DNA of 64,000 nt from an uncultured virus (IMG/VR IMGVR_UViG_2651869679_000001) (Duplodnaviria > Heunggongvirae > Uroviricota > Caudoviricetes). This document shows positions 30,288-39,415 of this stretch, piece after piece. The translations under genes and the position numbers were made by a program. The stretch is taken from IMG/VR virus record IMGVR_UViG_2651869679_000001. The stretch is one strand, 5' to 3'. A model generated the notes under the pieces. It was not told the DNA's origin. It searched no databases and was given only the letters and a program-made list of their open reading frames with translations. The first letter of the stretch is position 1. Every line of letters begins with the position of its first letter.

Positions 30288-30350
30288 ATGTCAGCTGGAG
30301 CATGGTTAGTAGTTTCTGCAGTATGCCTAGGAATTTCTATGGCCTTATAA
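30288..30350 (+). CDS. 20-aa hydrophobic peptide, antisense to the module
   Basis: AGGAGTG RBS; MSAGAWLVVSAVCLGISMAL; followed by hairpin 30356-30379 with T-rich tail. Confidence 0.55.
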   Translation: MSAGAWLVVSAVCLGISMAL

Positions 30351-30370
30351 TTTTTAAGTCTAGTCTTTTA

Positions 30371-30547
30371 CTAGGCTTTATTTTTTATACATTTCTGTTC
30401 TAGTATAGGTAACATATGTCTATATTTAATATAAAATTTTAAAGCCTCCTTTATAAAAGCACTCTTGTCACTATTACTTATTACTTGTAAATATAACTTC
30501 ATTTCTTCATCATTTTCTTTAAAACTTGTATTAATTTTTAATGCCAT
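30371..30547 (-). CDS. Small ribbon-helix-helix-like DNA-binding protein
   Basis: KINTSF beta strand then DKSAFIKEALKFYI helix; AGGAGG RBS before ATG at 30547. Confidence 0.6.
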   Translation of the reverse strand: MALKINTSFKENDEEMKLYLQVISNSDKSAFIKEALKFYIKYRHMLPILEQKCIKNKA

Positions 30548-30663
30548 ATTTGCCTCCTTTTGCTTACTTTCTAATATTAGTGTATGCACTTATGCATAAA
30601 ATATTGCATGTCCACATATAAAATTCTTATATACGAATTTAAATATAAAAAAATAAGGCCTTA

Positions 30664-30873
30664 TTAGACCATATACCATATTTCTTCTACTGATCTATTA
30701 AGTGCCTTTGCTATTTTTAATATAGTTTCTATATTTCCCTGTGCTTTATTTTGTTCTATTGGATTATAAGTACTAACACTTAGTCTTAATATTTGTTCAC
30801 AAAACTCCTTCTGATTCATCATATATTCTCTCATTCTTATTTCCTTTAAGCGATTTTTAACCACATACACCAC
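30664..30873 (-). CDS. XRE-family HTH regulator
   Basis: VKNRLKEIR...QKEF...IAKALNRSVEEIW. Confidence 0.85.
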   Translation of the reverse strand: MVYVVKNRLKEIRMREYMMNQKEFCEQILRLSVSTYNPIEQNKAQGNIETILKIAKALNRSVEEIWYMV

Positions 30874-30894
30874 CCCATTCCAGTATATGTAAGT

Positions 30895-30919
30895 ATTCTA
30901 GGAATGGGGTGAAAATCCT
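30895..30919 (-). promoter_or_regulatory. SigH-like promoter
   Basis: AGGA-17-GAAT; inverted repeat CACCCCATTCC/GGAATGGGGTG spans promoter spacer and RBS. Confidence 0.55.
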
Positions 30920-31041
30920 TTTTATTTTAATAGCTTGGACATATCTAAATAATAAATTATAAAATTTATTTAGTATATTTTTATATAAAGTATCAAATGC
31001 TATAAAAAATATATATATTAAAAAAGGAAGGGATAATTACA

Positions 31042-31206
31042 ATGTCTTTATTTAAAAAATTATTAGCAAAAATAAAACACTTATCTTTAAAAGTGAAACA
31101 CTTATTTAAAATTAATATTTTTATTGTACCTCTTTATATAGATATTAAATATTTAATTATACTTTGTTTAATATTATGCATTATACTTATTTTATATAAA
31201 AAATAA
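31042..31206 (+). CDS. 54-aa basic/hydrophobic small protein
   Basis: AGGAAGGGA RBS; MSLFKKLLAKIKH...YLIILCLILCIILILYKK; terminator follows. Confidence 0.5.
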   Translation: MSLFKKLLAKIKHLSLKVKHLFKINIFIVPLYIDIKYLIILCLILCIILILYKK

Positions 31207-31211
31207 TATTC

Positions 31212-31241
31212 TACAAAAGAACAGTATGCTGTTCTTTTGTA
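31212..31241. terminator. Bidirectional terminator
   Basis: TACAAAAGAACAG-TATG-CTGTTCTTTTGTA perfect inverted repeat. Confidence 0.75.
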
Positions 31242-31262
31242 TTTAAAGTATTACTTATATCC

Positions 31263-31711
31263 TTATCAAATTATTTTATTTTAAACTTTATTTGTTTATC
31301 AAATTGTTTTATATTAAACTTTGTTCCTTTAACAAATTGTTTTACGTTTATATAATAACCACTTTAAAATGGTTATATACATAAAATAAACAGATATCGT
31401 ACATTTAATTATATAAATTTAAGCAATATCGTACTTACAACTAACAAAAATCATACTTAATTCTATTTATAAGTAATTTAAGCACTTAACTTTATCAAAT
31501 TATTTTATATTACATTTATATTTTAGCCTTATTACATTGTTTTATTCAAATTTTTTAACAAATTATTTTATATTAACTATAAACGTAAGCTATTTAAAGC
31601 TTTTGCATATATCTTTTGTGCTTTTACAAACCACTATATACTATTTAAGGTATAATTTATTTAAAAATAATTTTATTTTTTATATTTAATTAGCTATTAT
31701 CAAATTATTTT
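31263..31711. repeat. Six copies of TTAWCAAATTRTTTT in a non-coding AT-rich block
   Basis: Copies at 31263, 31296, 31329 (33-bp period), 31492, 31555, 31697. Confidence 0.6.
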
Positions 31712-31755
31712 TAATTATGTCTTTTTAAAAAAGCTTTTTATAAGATTTAAATAAT

Positions 31756-31786
31756 AAAAAAGCAGTCTAATTGAAGACTGCTTTTT
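31756..31786. terminator. Terminator of the CWB2-MBL gene
   Basis: AAAAAAGCAGTCT...AGACTGCTTTTT. Confidence 0.75.
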
Positions 31787-31797
31787 AACATTTTATT

Positions 31798-33780
31798 TTA
31801 AGGTCTACAAGTATTACAAGGAGAATATCCTCTTCTTATTGCTTCCTGTCTACTTATTTGTATTTTACTTCTACTTAAACTTCTACAACCATCCCTATGG
31901 AATTTCTTTCCGCTTTTTGTTATATATACAGTTTGGGAAATTGGTTTTGGTATTGGCTTTGGTTGTGGCTTAGGCTTCGGTGTTGGTTTTGGAGTTGGTT
32001 TAGGTTGTGGCTTTGGCTTAGGAGCTACATAATCTCCACCTATATAACTTCCTTGTTTGGCATTAAAACTTAAACCACTTCCATTACTTGTAGCTATTAT
32101 TGTTCCTGCTTCATCTGTTCTGTATACTTTTATATTTTTAGCCTTAAGTTTATTTAATGTTTCTTGGTGTGGATGTTTATAGCTATTATTTTTACCACAA
32201 CTTATTACCGCGTATTTAGGATTAACTTTGTTTAAAAACCCTTGTGTTGTTGATGTTCTACTTCCATGGTGTCCTAACTTAAGAACATCCCCAGTAATGT
32301 CTAATTGTTTTGCAAGAATTTCTCCTTCGCTTAGACTTTCAGCATCTCCTGTAAATATAAAACTTCTATTTCCAAATTTAAGTTTTATAACTACAGAATA
32401 ATTGTTTAAGTTATCATAACTGCTATTATTAGGTGCTAATATTGTAAAATCTGCTACACCTAAATAGTATTTATCTCCTACTGTTGGAGTAGTTATTTTA
32501 AGTCCCTTATTTTGCATTGCGGTTATAACATCTTTAAAAGTTTGTGTAGTATGTGTTACTTTAGGCATTATAACTTTATCTACTGCAAAATTATTTATAA
32601 CTTTATCTAACCCACCAATATGGTCTTCATGTGGGTGTGTACCTATTACATAATCTAATTTAGATACACCCTTAGATTTTAAGTAATTTACAACAGTTCC
32701 CTCAGATGCATTAGTCCCAGCATCTATAAGCATATTGTGTCCATCCTGTTGTATAAGTATAGAATCTCCCTGTCCAACATTAATATAATGTATTGTCATT
32801 GGACCTATATTTCTTCCTTCTTCAATACTCTTTACAACAACATCATTTAGTACAGCTGTTCCACCAGTAATAATAATTTCTCCAAATTTAGCATTATTAG
32901 ATTTTACAAAGTTCATTACATTATTATTTATACTAGCTCCATCACTTAAAATTATAGGTGAATTATTCTTAGCTGCTAAAGCTGATGCTGATAATGCATC
33001 TGGATAATTTGTTCCTGCTGCTAAAAATACGTTGTTTAGATCTACATCATTTTTAAATTCATTTAATATAGCTGCATTTGTATCATATCTTCCTTGACCA
33101 AAAAGTCTTTTAGGATTTTCCAAATTATTTTGTATAGTATTACTAACTACTGCAGGTCCACCTATAACATAGCTTTTATTATATTTATTAGAATTTAAAA
33201 AAGCTTTTGTATTAGCTGGCAAATTTCCTGCTGGAGTTAATAATATAGGCATTTGTTTATTTGCTGCTATAGGTGCCATAGATAAAGCATCAGCAAATCC
33301 TAAACCATTAGTAACTACTACTCCGTTTTCAACCCCAATTTCTTTTGCTACTTCTAAAGATGTATCGTATCTACTTGCTCCATAGATTCTTTTAGTGCTT
33401 ATTCCTAAATTTTTAATTTGATTTTCTGTATTATAAGAAATAGATCCTGGACCACCAACTATAATTACATTTTTAACTTGTAATCTTTCCAATTGTTGTT
33501 TTGCATTATAGTTTAATTGTTTACCTTCTGTAAGTATTATTGGTGCATTAAGTTTTTTTGCTAATGGTGCAGATGATAAGGCATCTGCAAATCCTTCTCC
33601 ACTAGCTATAATAGCAGATTGTGAACTTTCCCATCCATGACTTACTATAGCAGATGAAGTTTCATATCTACTTTGCCCTTGGAGTCTTTTAGAATTTGGT
33701 TTTGCATAAACAGTACTATTTGTAACTAATAAAAATAAAGCTAAAAATAACGTTGCTATGCTAATTTTTTTCTTCAACAA
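31798..33780 (-). CDS. Cell-wall protein: signal peptide, 3x CWB2, ComEC/Rec2-type metallo-beta-lactamase hydrolase, Pro-rich linker, Cys/His metal-binding tail
   Basis: RL.G.SRYET and ADALS repeats; INVGQGDS, THPHEDHIGG, FTGDAE, GHHGS; GKKFHRDGC...CNTC. Confidence 0.88.
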   Translation of the reverse strand: MLKKKISIATLFLALFLLVTNSTVYAKPNSKRLQGQSRYETSSAIVSHGWESSQSAIIASGEGFADALSSAPLAKKLNAPIILTEGKQLNYNAKQQLERLQVKNVIIVGGPGSISYNTENQIKNLGISTKRIYGASRYDTSLEVAKEIGVENGVVVTNGLGFADALSMAPIAANKQMPILLTPAGNLPANTKAFLNSNKYNKSYVIGGPAVVSNTIQNNLENPKRLFGQGRYDTNAAILNEFKNDVDLNNVFLAAGTNYPDALSASALAAKNNSPIILSDGASINNNVMNFVKSNNAKFGEIIITGGTAVLNDVVVKSIEEGRNIGPMTIHYINVGQGDSILIQQDGHNMLIDAGTNASEGTVVNYLKSKGVSKLDYVIGTHPHEDHIGGLDKVINNFAVDKVIMPKVTHTTQTFKDVITAMQNKGLKITTPTVGDKYYLGVADFTILAPNNSSYDNLNNYSVVIKLKFGNRSFIFTGDAESLSEGEILAKQLDITGDVLKLGHHGSRTSTTQGFLNKVNPKYAVISCGKNNSYKHPHQETLNKLKAKNIKVYRTDEAGTIIATSNGSGLSFNAKQGSYIGGDYVAPKPKPQPKPTPKPTPKPKPQPKPIPKPISQTVYITKSGKKFHRDGCRSLSRSKIQISRQEAIRRGYSPCNTCRP

Positions 33781-33905
33781 TATCCCTCCCTAAAAATAAT
33801 ATTTTTCTATAAATATTTCTATTTTTGTAAACAATTTTCCTTTATATATAATTAAATATTGCTACATAGAAAAGACTGCTTTCTAAAAAGCAGTTTAAGT
33901 TACAT

Positions 33906-34181
33906 TTATTTTATTTTTACACATTGATTATTAATGGGTAATGTATCTCTATATACATTTCCTTCAAAATCAATATAATATTGACTTGATGCAGCACCAT
34001 ACTTATCGAGTTCATGAAAAGAATAAACCTTTTTGTTCTTCAATTCATCTGGAAAAACTTTATATTCTTGTGCCGCATGCTTATATGGTACATCTTCAAC
34101 CCCTATGTATTCTATTACGCATCCATTTTGTTTATTTTCTTCTGCTAAATTCTTAGCTTCAATTTCTGTTATTTTTTTCAT
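33906..34181 (-). CDS. Hypothetical protein (moron)
   Basis: 91 aa, AGGAGG RBS, own terminator. Confidence 0.7.
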   Translation of the reverse strand: MKKITEIEAKNLAEENKQNGCVIEYIGVEDVPYKHAAQEYKVFPDELKNKKVYSFHELDKYGAASSQYYIDFEGNVYRDTLPINNQCVKIK

Positions 34182-34458
34182 AATATCCCTCCTGATATTT
34201 TTATAAAATTAATATATTATCTAATAATAATTTCTATCTTTGACAATATTTTTCCTTTAATTTGCACAAAAAATAAAAAAGATACTTCCATCTCAGAAGT
34301 ATCTTTTGATTAAAATTATTATCTATTGAATATAATAAAAACAGACCAAAACACAGCACCAACATAGAAAATTCCATATAAAAAAAGTCCTATTTATTGG
34401 GGTTCTTTTTTGTTTTAATACATATTAATTTTAAATACAAAAATTTTTCATCGTTTTA

Positions 34459-35166
34459 TTACAATTCAGCTGGGTGCTTAGTTATTAACTTACTATAATC
34501 TATATGATGTTTTAGAGCATCATATTTATATTCAATTAATTCAACAGTATTCATCTGTTTATTTAAGATTTTATTAATATCATCAAAATTAATATTTATT
34601 ATTGCTTTCTTTTCTGCTAAAAAAATTTTTTTGCTTAACCCCTTGGATGATTGCCACTCACTATTGCCAGCAAACTCTTTATAAGAAAATATAATACCCA
34701 TTTTAACCATATGAGTATTAATAAGCGATGAGAATTTTCCTACCCAATTAACATCAATTTTCTTATCATAATTTTTGCATTCTACAAGAATATCTTCTCT
34801 AAGGTACTGTGGCAATACAATGCTATGTATTTTATTATAATCCGATGGTGTTATTAATAAGTCTATTTCATTTGTATGATCTCGTATGTTAGGGTGTATA
34901 ATAAATAAATCTGTTGATTCTAATACTAGTTTAGCTAAGCTTTCTAGTAATCTCCCTTTTTCTCTATTAAGAGAATTTTTAGTAGAATAATTATTACATT
35001 TTGATATTTCTACATTTTTAATATTAATTTCTTTCATTATTTCTTTGCATTTCTTTATTTGTTTATCTGAAATACAACACAGCTGTTTTATTGCAAATTT
35101 AGGATCTATTTTTGCTTGTTTTCTTAAGTAATTATTATAATCCATAAAGTCTCTTTCATTTAGCAT
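34459..35166 (-). CDS. Mrr-like PD-(D/E)xK restriction endonuclease
   Basis: KG..LE, NEIDLL, ILVECKNY..KIDV.WVGKF motifs. Confidence 0.8.
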   Translation of the reverse strand: MLNERDFMDYNNYLRKQAKIDPKFAIKQLCCISDKQIKKCKEIMKEINIKNVEISKCNNYSTKNSLNREKGRLLESLAKLVLESTDLFIIHPNIRDHTNEIDLLITPSDYNKIHSIVLPQYLREDILVECKNYDKKIDVNWVGKFSSLINTHMVKMGIIFSYKEFAGNSEWQSSKGLSKKIFLAEKKAIININFDDINKILNKQMNTVELIEYKYDALKHHIDYSKLITKHPAEL

Positions 35167-35172
35167 TAAAAT

Positions 35173-35535
35173 TTAAACCACCTTAAAAACAACAATAATA
35201 TTTTTTAAATAAATACATCTTTCATCACACTTATCACAATGCGCTTTAGGGATGTCTCTTACATCATCATAGATTTCTTCTCTAATACATTCTGATTTAT
35301 CAGGACAATATACCTTATATGCACTTTTTAATATTCCTTTTGTTTCTAAATATATCATTAAATCTTCTGTTTCATCCATGCTTAGATTTAATTCTCTTCT
35401 AACAGTTCTCATAGGTATTACACCACCAGAATAAAAATCTAAAATTTCAGATAGACTTTGAATTTGATTATCGGTTAATTTTATTTTGTAATTCTTTAAT
35501 GCTTTTTCTAACCCCTCCAATAATTTCGATAACAT
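35173..35535 (-). CDS. Winged-helix plus Zn-ribbon protein
   Basis: VRRELNLS..E...L..L...GIL then CP...C and CDKC. Confidence 0.65.
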   Translation of the reverse strand: MLSKLLEGLEKALKNYKIKLTDNQIQSLSEILDFYSGGVIPMRTVRRELNLSMDETEDLMIYLETKGILKSAYKVYCPDKSECIREEIYDDVRDIPKAHCDKCDERCIYLKNIIVVFKVV

Positions 35536-36553
35536 AATTTATCCTCTCCATATCATTTAACTCATTATCATATATATTTATTAGGTCCAATAAAGTTTCT
35601 CCATAATTAAATGTTATTTTTAAATCAATTGGCTCATCTAATAATATATATTTTCCATCTTTTTTATATTTAATCACTCTAAGCGTTCTAAACTTATCAT
35701 TTGCATATTTTTTAGTTTTATTTAGGTAATCTTCAACTTCATTTAAACAATTTATAGCCTCTTGCTTATCTTTATATTCTTGCTTCCATTTTTTTATTTC
35801 AATTTTTAATTGATCAAAAAATGGCATCGTCATATCTTCTCCTGCTTTTAACGTGATTCCCTGTGATTTTTGCAATTCACCTGCCCAAATTAGTTCTTTA
35901 GCTAGTTCTTCAGGGCTATCAATAATATATCTTATAATTCCATCTAAATTAATATATTTATATTTTAAACTGGCATTAGTGCTTAGCCAAGATAAACAAG
36001 TTTCTATAGCAATTTTATAATAGCCCTTTTCTTTATCTGTATTAATCCTATCAAACCTCACTTCCAATAGCTTTAAATCCTTATGAAAGATAATAATAAT
36101 AGGATACCTAACATCATACCATGTAGGATTATCTCCCTTTTCCAATATACTAATTTTCTTATGGAATTTTATAAAAACCTGTTTATCATCTTCTAGATAC
36201 AGCTTTTCCAATTCATCTATGCTAGCTCCAATTTCCTTATAGTATTCTGAATTAATATCTATACATTTTGTTTGAATAGAAGCCATATCTAACTTATCGT
36301 ATTCAAATACTGCAGAATACCTATAACCTTTGTTTATCTCTAATAAATCAATCATCTTTATAGTTAATGGTTCTTTATCAATGCATTCTTTTATTTTTTC
36401 ATTAATTGACTTATTTTTAAGTTGAATTAAATTAGGCTCTTGTTTAAATTTATATGTTCCTATTCCATTTTCTACTATTAAATTTATTAATCTTTGTTTG
36501 AAAAAATTAGGTGAATCCTTAATTATTGTATTTTTAATTAATTCTATGTCCAT
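35468..36553 (-). CDS. Hypothetical protein, first gene of candidate defence operon
   Basis: 361 aa, overlapping the next gene, downstream of endolysin. Confidence 0.65.
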   Translation of the reverse strand: MDIELIKNTIIKDSPNFFKQRLINLIVENGIGTYKFKQEPNLIQLKNKSINEKIKECIDKEPLTIKMIDLLEINKGYRYSAVFEYDKLDMASIQTKCIDINSEYYKEIGASIDELEKLYLEDDKQVFIKFHKKISILEKGDNPTWYDVRYPIIIIFHKDLKLLEVRFDRINTDKEKGYYKIAIETCLSWLSTNASLKYKYINLDGIIRYIIDSPEELAKELIWAGELQKSQGITLKAGEDMTMPFFDQLKIEIKKWKQEYKDKQEAINCLNEVEDYLNKTKKYANDKFRTLRVIKYKKDGKYILLDEPIDLKITFNYGETLLDLINIYDNELNDMERINYVIEIIGGVRKSIKELQNKINR

Positions 36554-36763
36554 ATATCCTCCATTTTAAATTTTATTTAATAGAGAATTCATGTTATAAT
36601 ATATTTGATAAAACAATTGAAACTCTATTTTTACTTGAAAGCACACTTCAAACCATTATCTTATGTGCTTTCTTTTATTTTACTACAATATTTTACAACT
36701 TGTCCAATAATATATACAAAAAATAAAAAAGTGGCAGATCCAATTAAGGAACCACCACCCTTT

Positions 36764-37789
36764 TTATACTAATTTAGCAGCATCTTTAAAAGAATCATAT
36801 CTATCTGTTCCAGGTTTACCACCAATTTGTATAATTTCTTTTGCTTTTACTTTCTTATTATCATAATCCTCTTTAAGCATCATAGGACATTGATGCTTTT
36901 GAGATACCAACACCGCACTTAAAGCATCCAATGTTCCAAAATATAATACTACTTTATCCATATCAAACTCCTCCTTTTTAACTTCTTCTTTTATACCAAT
37001 TTTTTTATTATATTCTTTAGTTAATCTATCCAATGTATTAGTTCCCAATATACCATCTACAGCTAAGTTACAATCTCTTTGAAATGCTTTTATAGCTGTA
37101 ATGGTCCCATTGCCTATAATTCCATCTATACCACTGTTACCTATAGGATAACCTATTGTAACAAGCATCTTTTGTATTTTCATTTCCTTAGTTTCTTTAA
37201 TGGTATTTTGAGAGCCTATAAATATTCCATCTGTAAAATTATTCAAGTCTACTCTGGTATTTACACCATTTATACGTCCATCTTCTGTATATTGGTGGCC
37301 AACAACTTTAAATCCTGTTGCCATAGGTGTATTAACTCCGTAATGTGCTATCCATCCTGGATATTGTTTAACACGATTATCTAAATTATCTCTACCAAAG
37401 AAACCGCCAGTATAAATCATGCAATTTAGTCCACTTAGTGCTTTAAATTTAGTTAGGAATTGTATACACCTATCTGATATTTGACTTTGGCTTCTTCCCT
37501 GGTTATTAGTTTCTATATCTAAAACGGGAATAACATTGAATTGCTTATCTTTAATAGAGTTCCAAAAGTCTATTGCTTGTTGTGTTGGGTCTGTTTTCTC
37601 ACTCATAAAGTGATAAAATCCTATATTTAACCCTGCTGCTTTAGCACTATTATAATGTTGTCCTAAAAGTGGGTCTACATATTGTACTCCCTCTGTAGCT
37701 TTTATAATAACTACACTAATACCACCACTTTTTACTGCTCCAAAGTTTATAGAGCCATTATGCATTGAAATATCTATTCCTTTTGCCAC
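36764..37789 (-). CDS. GH25 muramidase endolysin with peptidoglycan-binding domain
   Basis: KGIDIS, IKATEG, LDIE; DGIIG..T..AIKAFQ...L.VDGI.G. Confidence 0.92.
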   Translation of the reverse strand: MAKGIDISMHNGSINFGAVKSGGISVVIIKATEGVQYVDPLLGQHYNSAKAAGLNIGFYHFMSEKTDPTQQAIDFWNSIKDKQFNVIPVLDIETNNQGRSQSQISDRCIQFLTKFKALSGLNCMIYTGGFFGRDNLDNRVKQYPGWIAHYGVNTPMATGFKVVGHQYTEDGRINGVNTRVDLNNFTDGIFIGSQNTIKETKEMKIQKMLVTIGYPIGNSGIDGIIGNGTITAIKAFQRDCNLAVDGILGTNTLDRLTKEYNKKIGIKEEVKKEEFDMDKVVLYFGTLDALSAVLVSQKHQCPMMLKEDYDNKKVKAKEIIQIGGKPGTDRYDSFKDAAKLV

Positions 37790-37823
37790 TTTATAACCTC
37801 CTTAAAGTTAAAAAGAACAGGCA

Positions 37824-38096
37824 TTAATCCTGCTCTTTTTTTTCTGTACTTTGTTTAATTAGTTGATTAGTATATACTGCTGCACCTGTAGCTAATATAC
37901 CTTGAATTATTGCATTTGGATTTAATCCCATTAAAGATATAGCTCCAATTATTCCAATTACTAATAAAATCCATGGAATGGTCCAGTCTTTTATTTTACT
38001 AGTTTGTTTTAACATAATACCTAGTACATATAAAGCTGGTATTAATATTAAAGCTTGTTCTATAATATAATCCATTAAATTGATTTCCATAAACAT
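37824..38096 (-). CDS. Phage holin
   Basis: Three hydrophobic segments, AIIQGIL..G.AVY.NQL.KQ; upstream of endolysin. Confidence 0.88.
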   Translation of the reverse strand: MFMEINLMDYIIEQALILIPALYVLGIMLKQTSKIKDWTIPWILLVIGIIGAISLMGLNPNAIIQGILATGAAVYTNQLIKQSTEKKEQD

Positions 38097-38101
38097 TCCT
38101 C

Positions 38102-38356
38102 CTATTTAAATAAATTGTGCTGAATTGCATAAAAAAAGAAGCTTATTAAAGCTCCTACCGATACTCCTATATACCACTTTAAAACAGATACCAATTGTTT
38201 AATTTGTTCGCAAAGATTTTCTATTTTTACATCTACTCTACTCTGATTTTGTTCCAATTTATCAATCCTACCAGCATGATCGTTAAGTCTAGTATCATGT
38301 ACATTTATTTTTTCTTCTAACCTTTTATGCTTTTCTTCACAGACCTTTAATTCCAC
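38102..38356 (-). CDS. xhlA: XhlA-family protein
   Basis: Paralogue of 1-255; GTG start after GGAGGTG. Confidence 0.85.
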   Translation of the reverse strand: MELKVCEEKHKRLEEKINVHDTRLNDHAGRIDKLEQNQSRVDVKIENLCEQIKQLVSVLKWYIGVSVGALISFFFYAIQHNLFK

Positions 38357-38392
38357 ATTACACCTCCATATAAATAATATAGGAGCCACACT

Positions 38393-39415
38393 TTAATTTT
38401 TAAATAGTTCTTTCAATATATGCTCTAAAACATTAACTACAATAGAGTTTCCTGCCATTTTATACATCTTGCTATCACTTTTATCTTTCCCATTATAAAA
38501 TCTTAATTCTAAAGCATTTCTTACATTCCAATAATCTTCTTGTGTAAAGCCGGTAGCCTTCCAGCACTCACATGGAGTAAGTCTTCTTAACTTATATTCC
38601 ATGATTTTAGGAACACTGTGAGACCCAGTTAAAATAGTAGGGCAAGTACTTGCAGTTGAAAATACTCTATTATTCATATCTAAAGCATTAGGATTTTTAA
38701 TTTCTCCTACTCTTAGTAAACCATACTTATTAGGCTCCTTATTATCTGCAGCTTTTCTATCTACTTTATTGATAAAATCTCTTGTGTATTTATTAATACA
38801 ATAATATTTTTTATCTATATCTTCATCCAATATGCTATTAATTGAAGTAAGACTATCTATAGGCTTAGGAAATTTAAACAAGCAAGTATCTATATCTTTT
38901 CTTATACTAATGACAAACACTCTTTCCCTTGATTGTGGAGCTCCATAATCTTTAGAATTTAGTATTTTAAAATAGTTGTTATAACCTAATTTATTCAATG
39001 TATCTATATATTTTAAGAAATTATGTCTATGTCTTTTGCATGTTACCGCCTTTACATTTTCCCAAATTATATACTTAGGTAATTTCTTTTTAATAATATC
39101 AACTGTGTACCACATTAATGATGATTTTGTTCCGCTTCCTTCGTCACCACCTTCGCCCTTACCTGCTAGACTAAAACTTTGACAAGGACTTCCATGAGTT
39201 AATAAATCAAACTCTTTTAATGTGTCTGGATTAATTTTAGATACATCACATAAGTTTAGTTGTTCACTAATATCATGTAAAATACTATAAGCATAACTAG
39301 CATACTTATCTATTTCACAATAATTTATTACATCAAAATCTATTGATGTATTTCTTAATGCCTTTTCAAATGCTCCTATTCCACTAAATAAACTTAATAG
39401 TTTTACTGTTTTCAT
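38393..39415 (-). CDS. dcm: DNA (cytosine-5)-methyltransferase
   Basis: Motifs FSGIG, GSPCQSFS, ENV, QSRERVF, AGNSI. Confidence 0.92.
   Translation of the reverse strand: MKTVKLLSLFSGIGAFEKALRNTSIDFDVINYCEIDKYASYAYSILHDISEQLNLCDVSKINPDTLKEFDLLTHGSPCQSFSLAGKGEGGDEGSGTKSSLMWYTVDIIKKKLPKYIIWENVKAVTCKRHRHNFLKYIDTLNKLGYNNYFKILNSKDYGAPQSRERVFVISIRKDIDTCLFKFPKPIDSLTSINSILDEDIDKKYYCINKYTRDFINKVDRKAADNKEPNKYGLLRVGEIKNPNALDMNNRVFSTASTCPTILTGSHSVPKIMEYKLRRLTPCECWKATGFTQEDYWNVRNALELRFYNGKDKSDSKMYKMAGNSIVVNVLEHILKELFKN

Noticed and set aside
26270..30873. Independent ICE or integrated plasmid
   Set aside because: No own integrase or flanking repeats seen; it lies inside the prophage att boundary and lacks most T4SS components
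31263..31345. Mini-CRISPR array (33-bp period)
   Set aside because: Repeat only 15 bp, intervening segments similar to each other and about 18 bp, no cas genes
34217..34378. Possible 53-aa minus-strand hydrophobic ORF
   Set aside because: No clear RBS and it runs through a terminator and promoter; probably spurious
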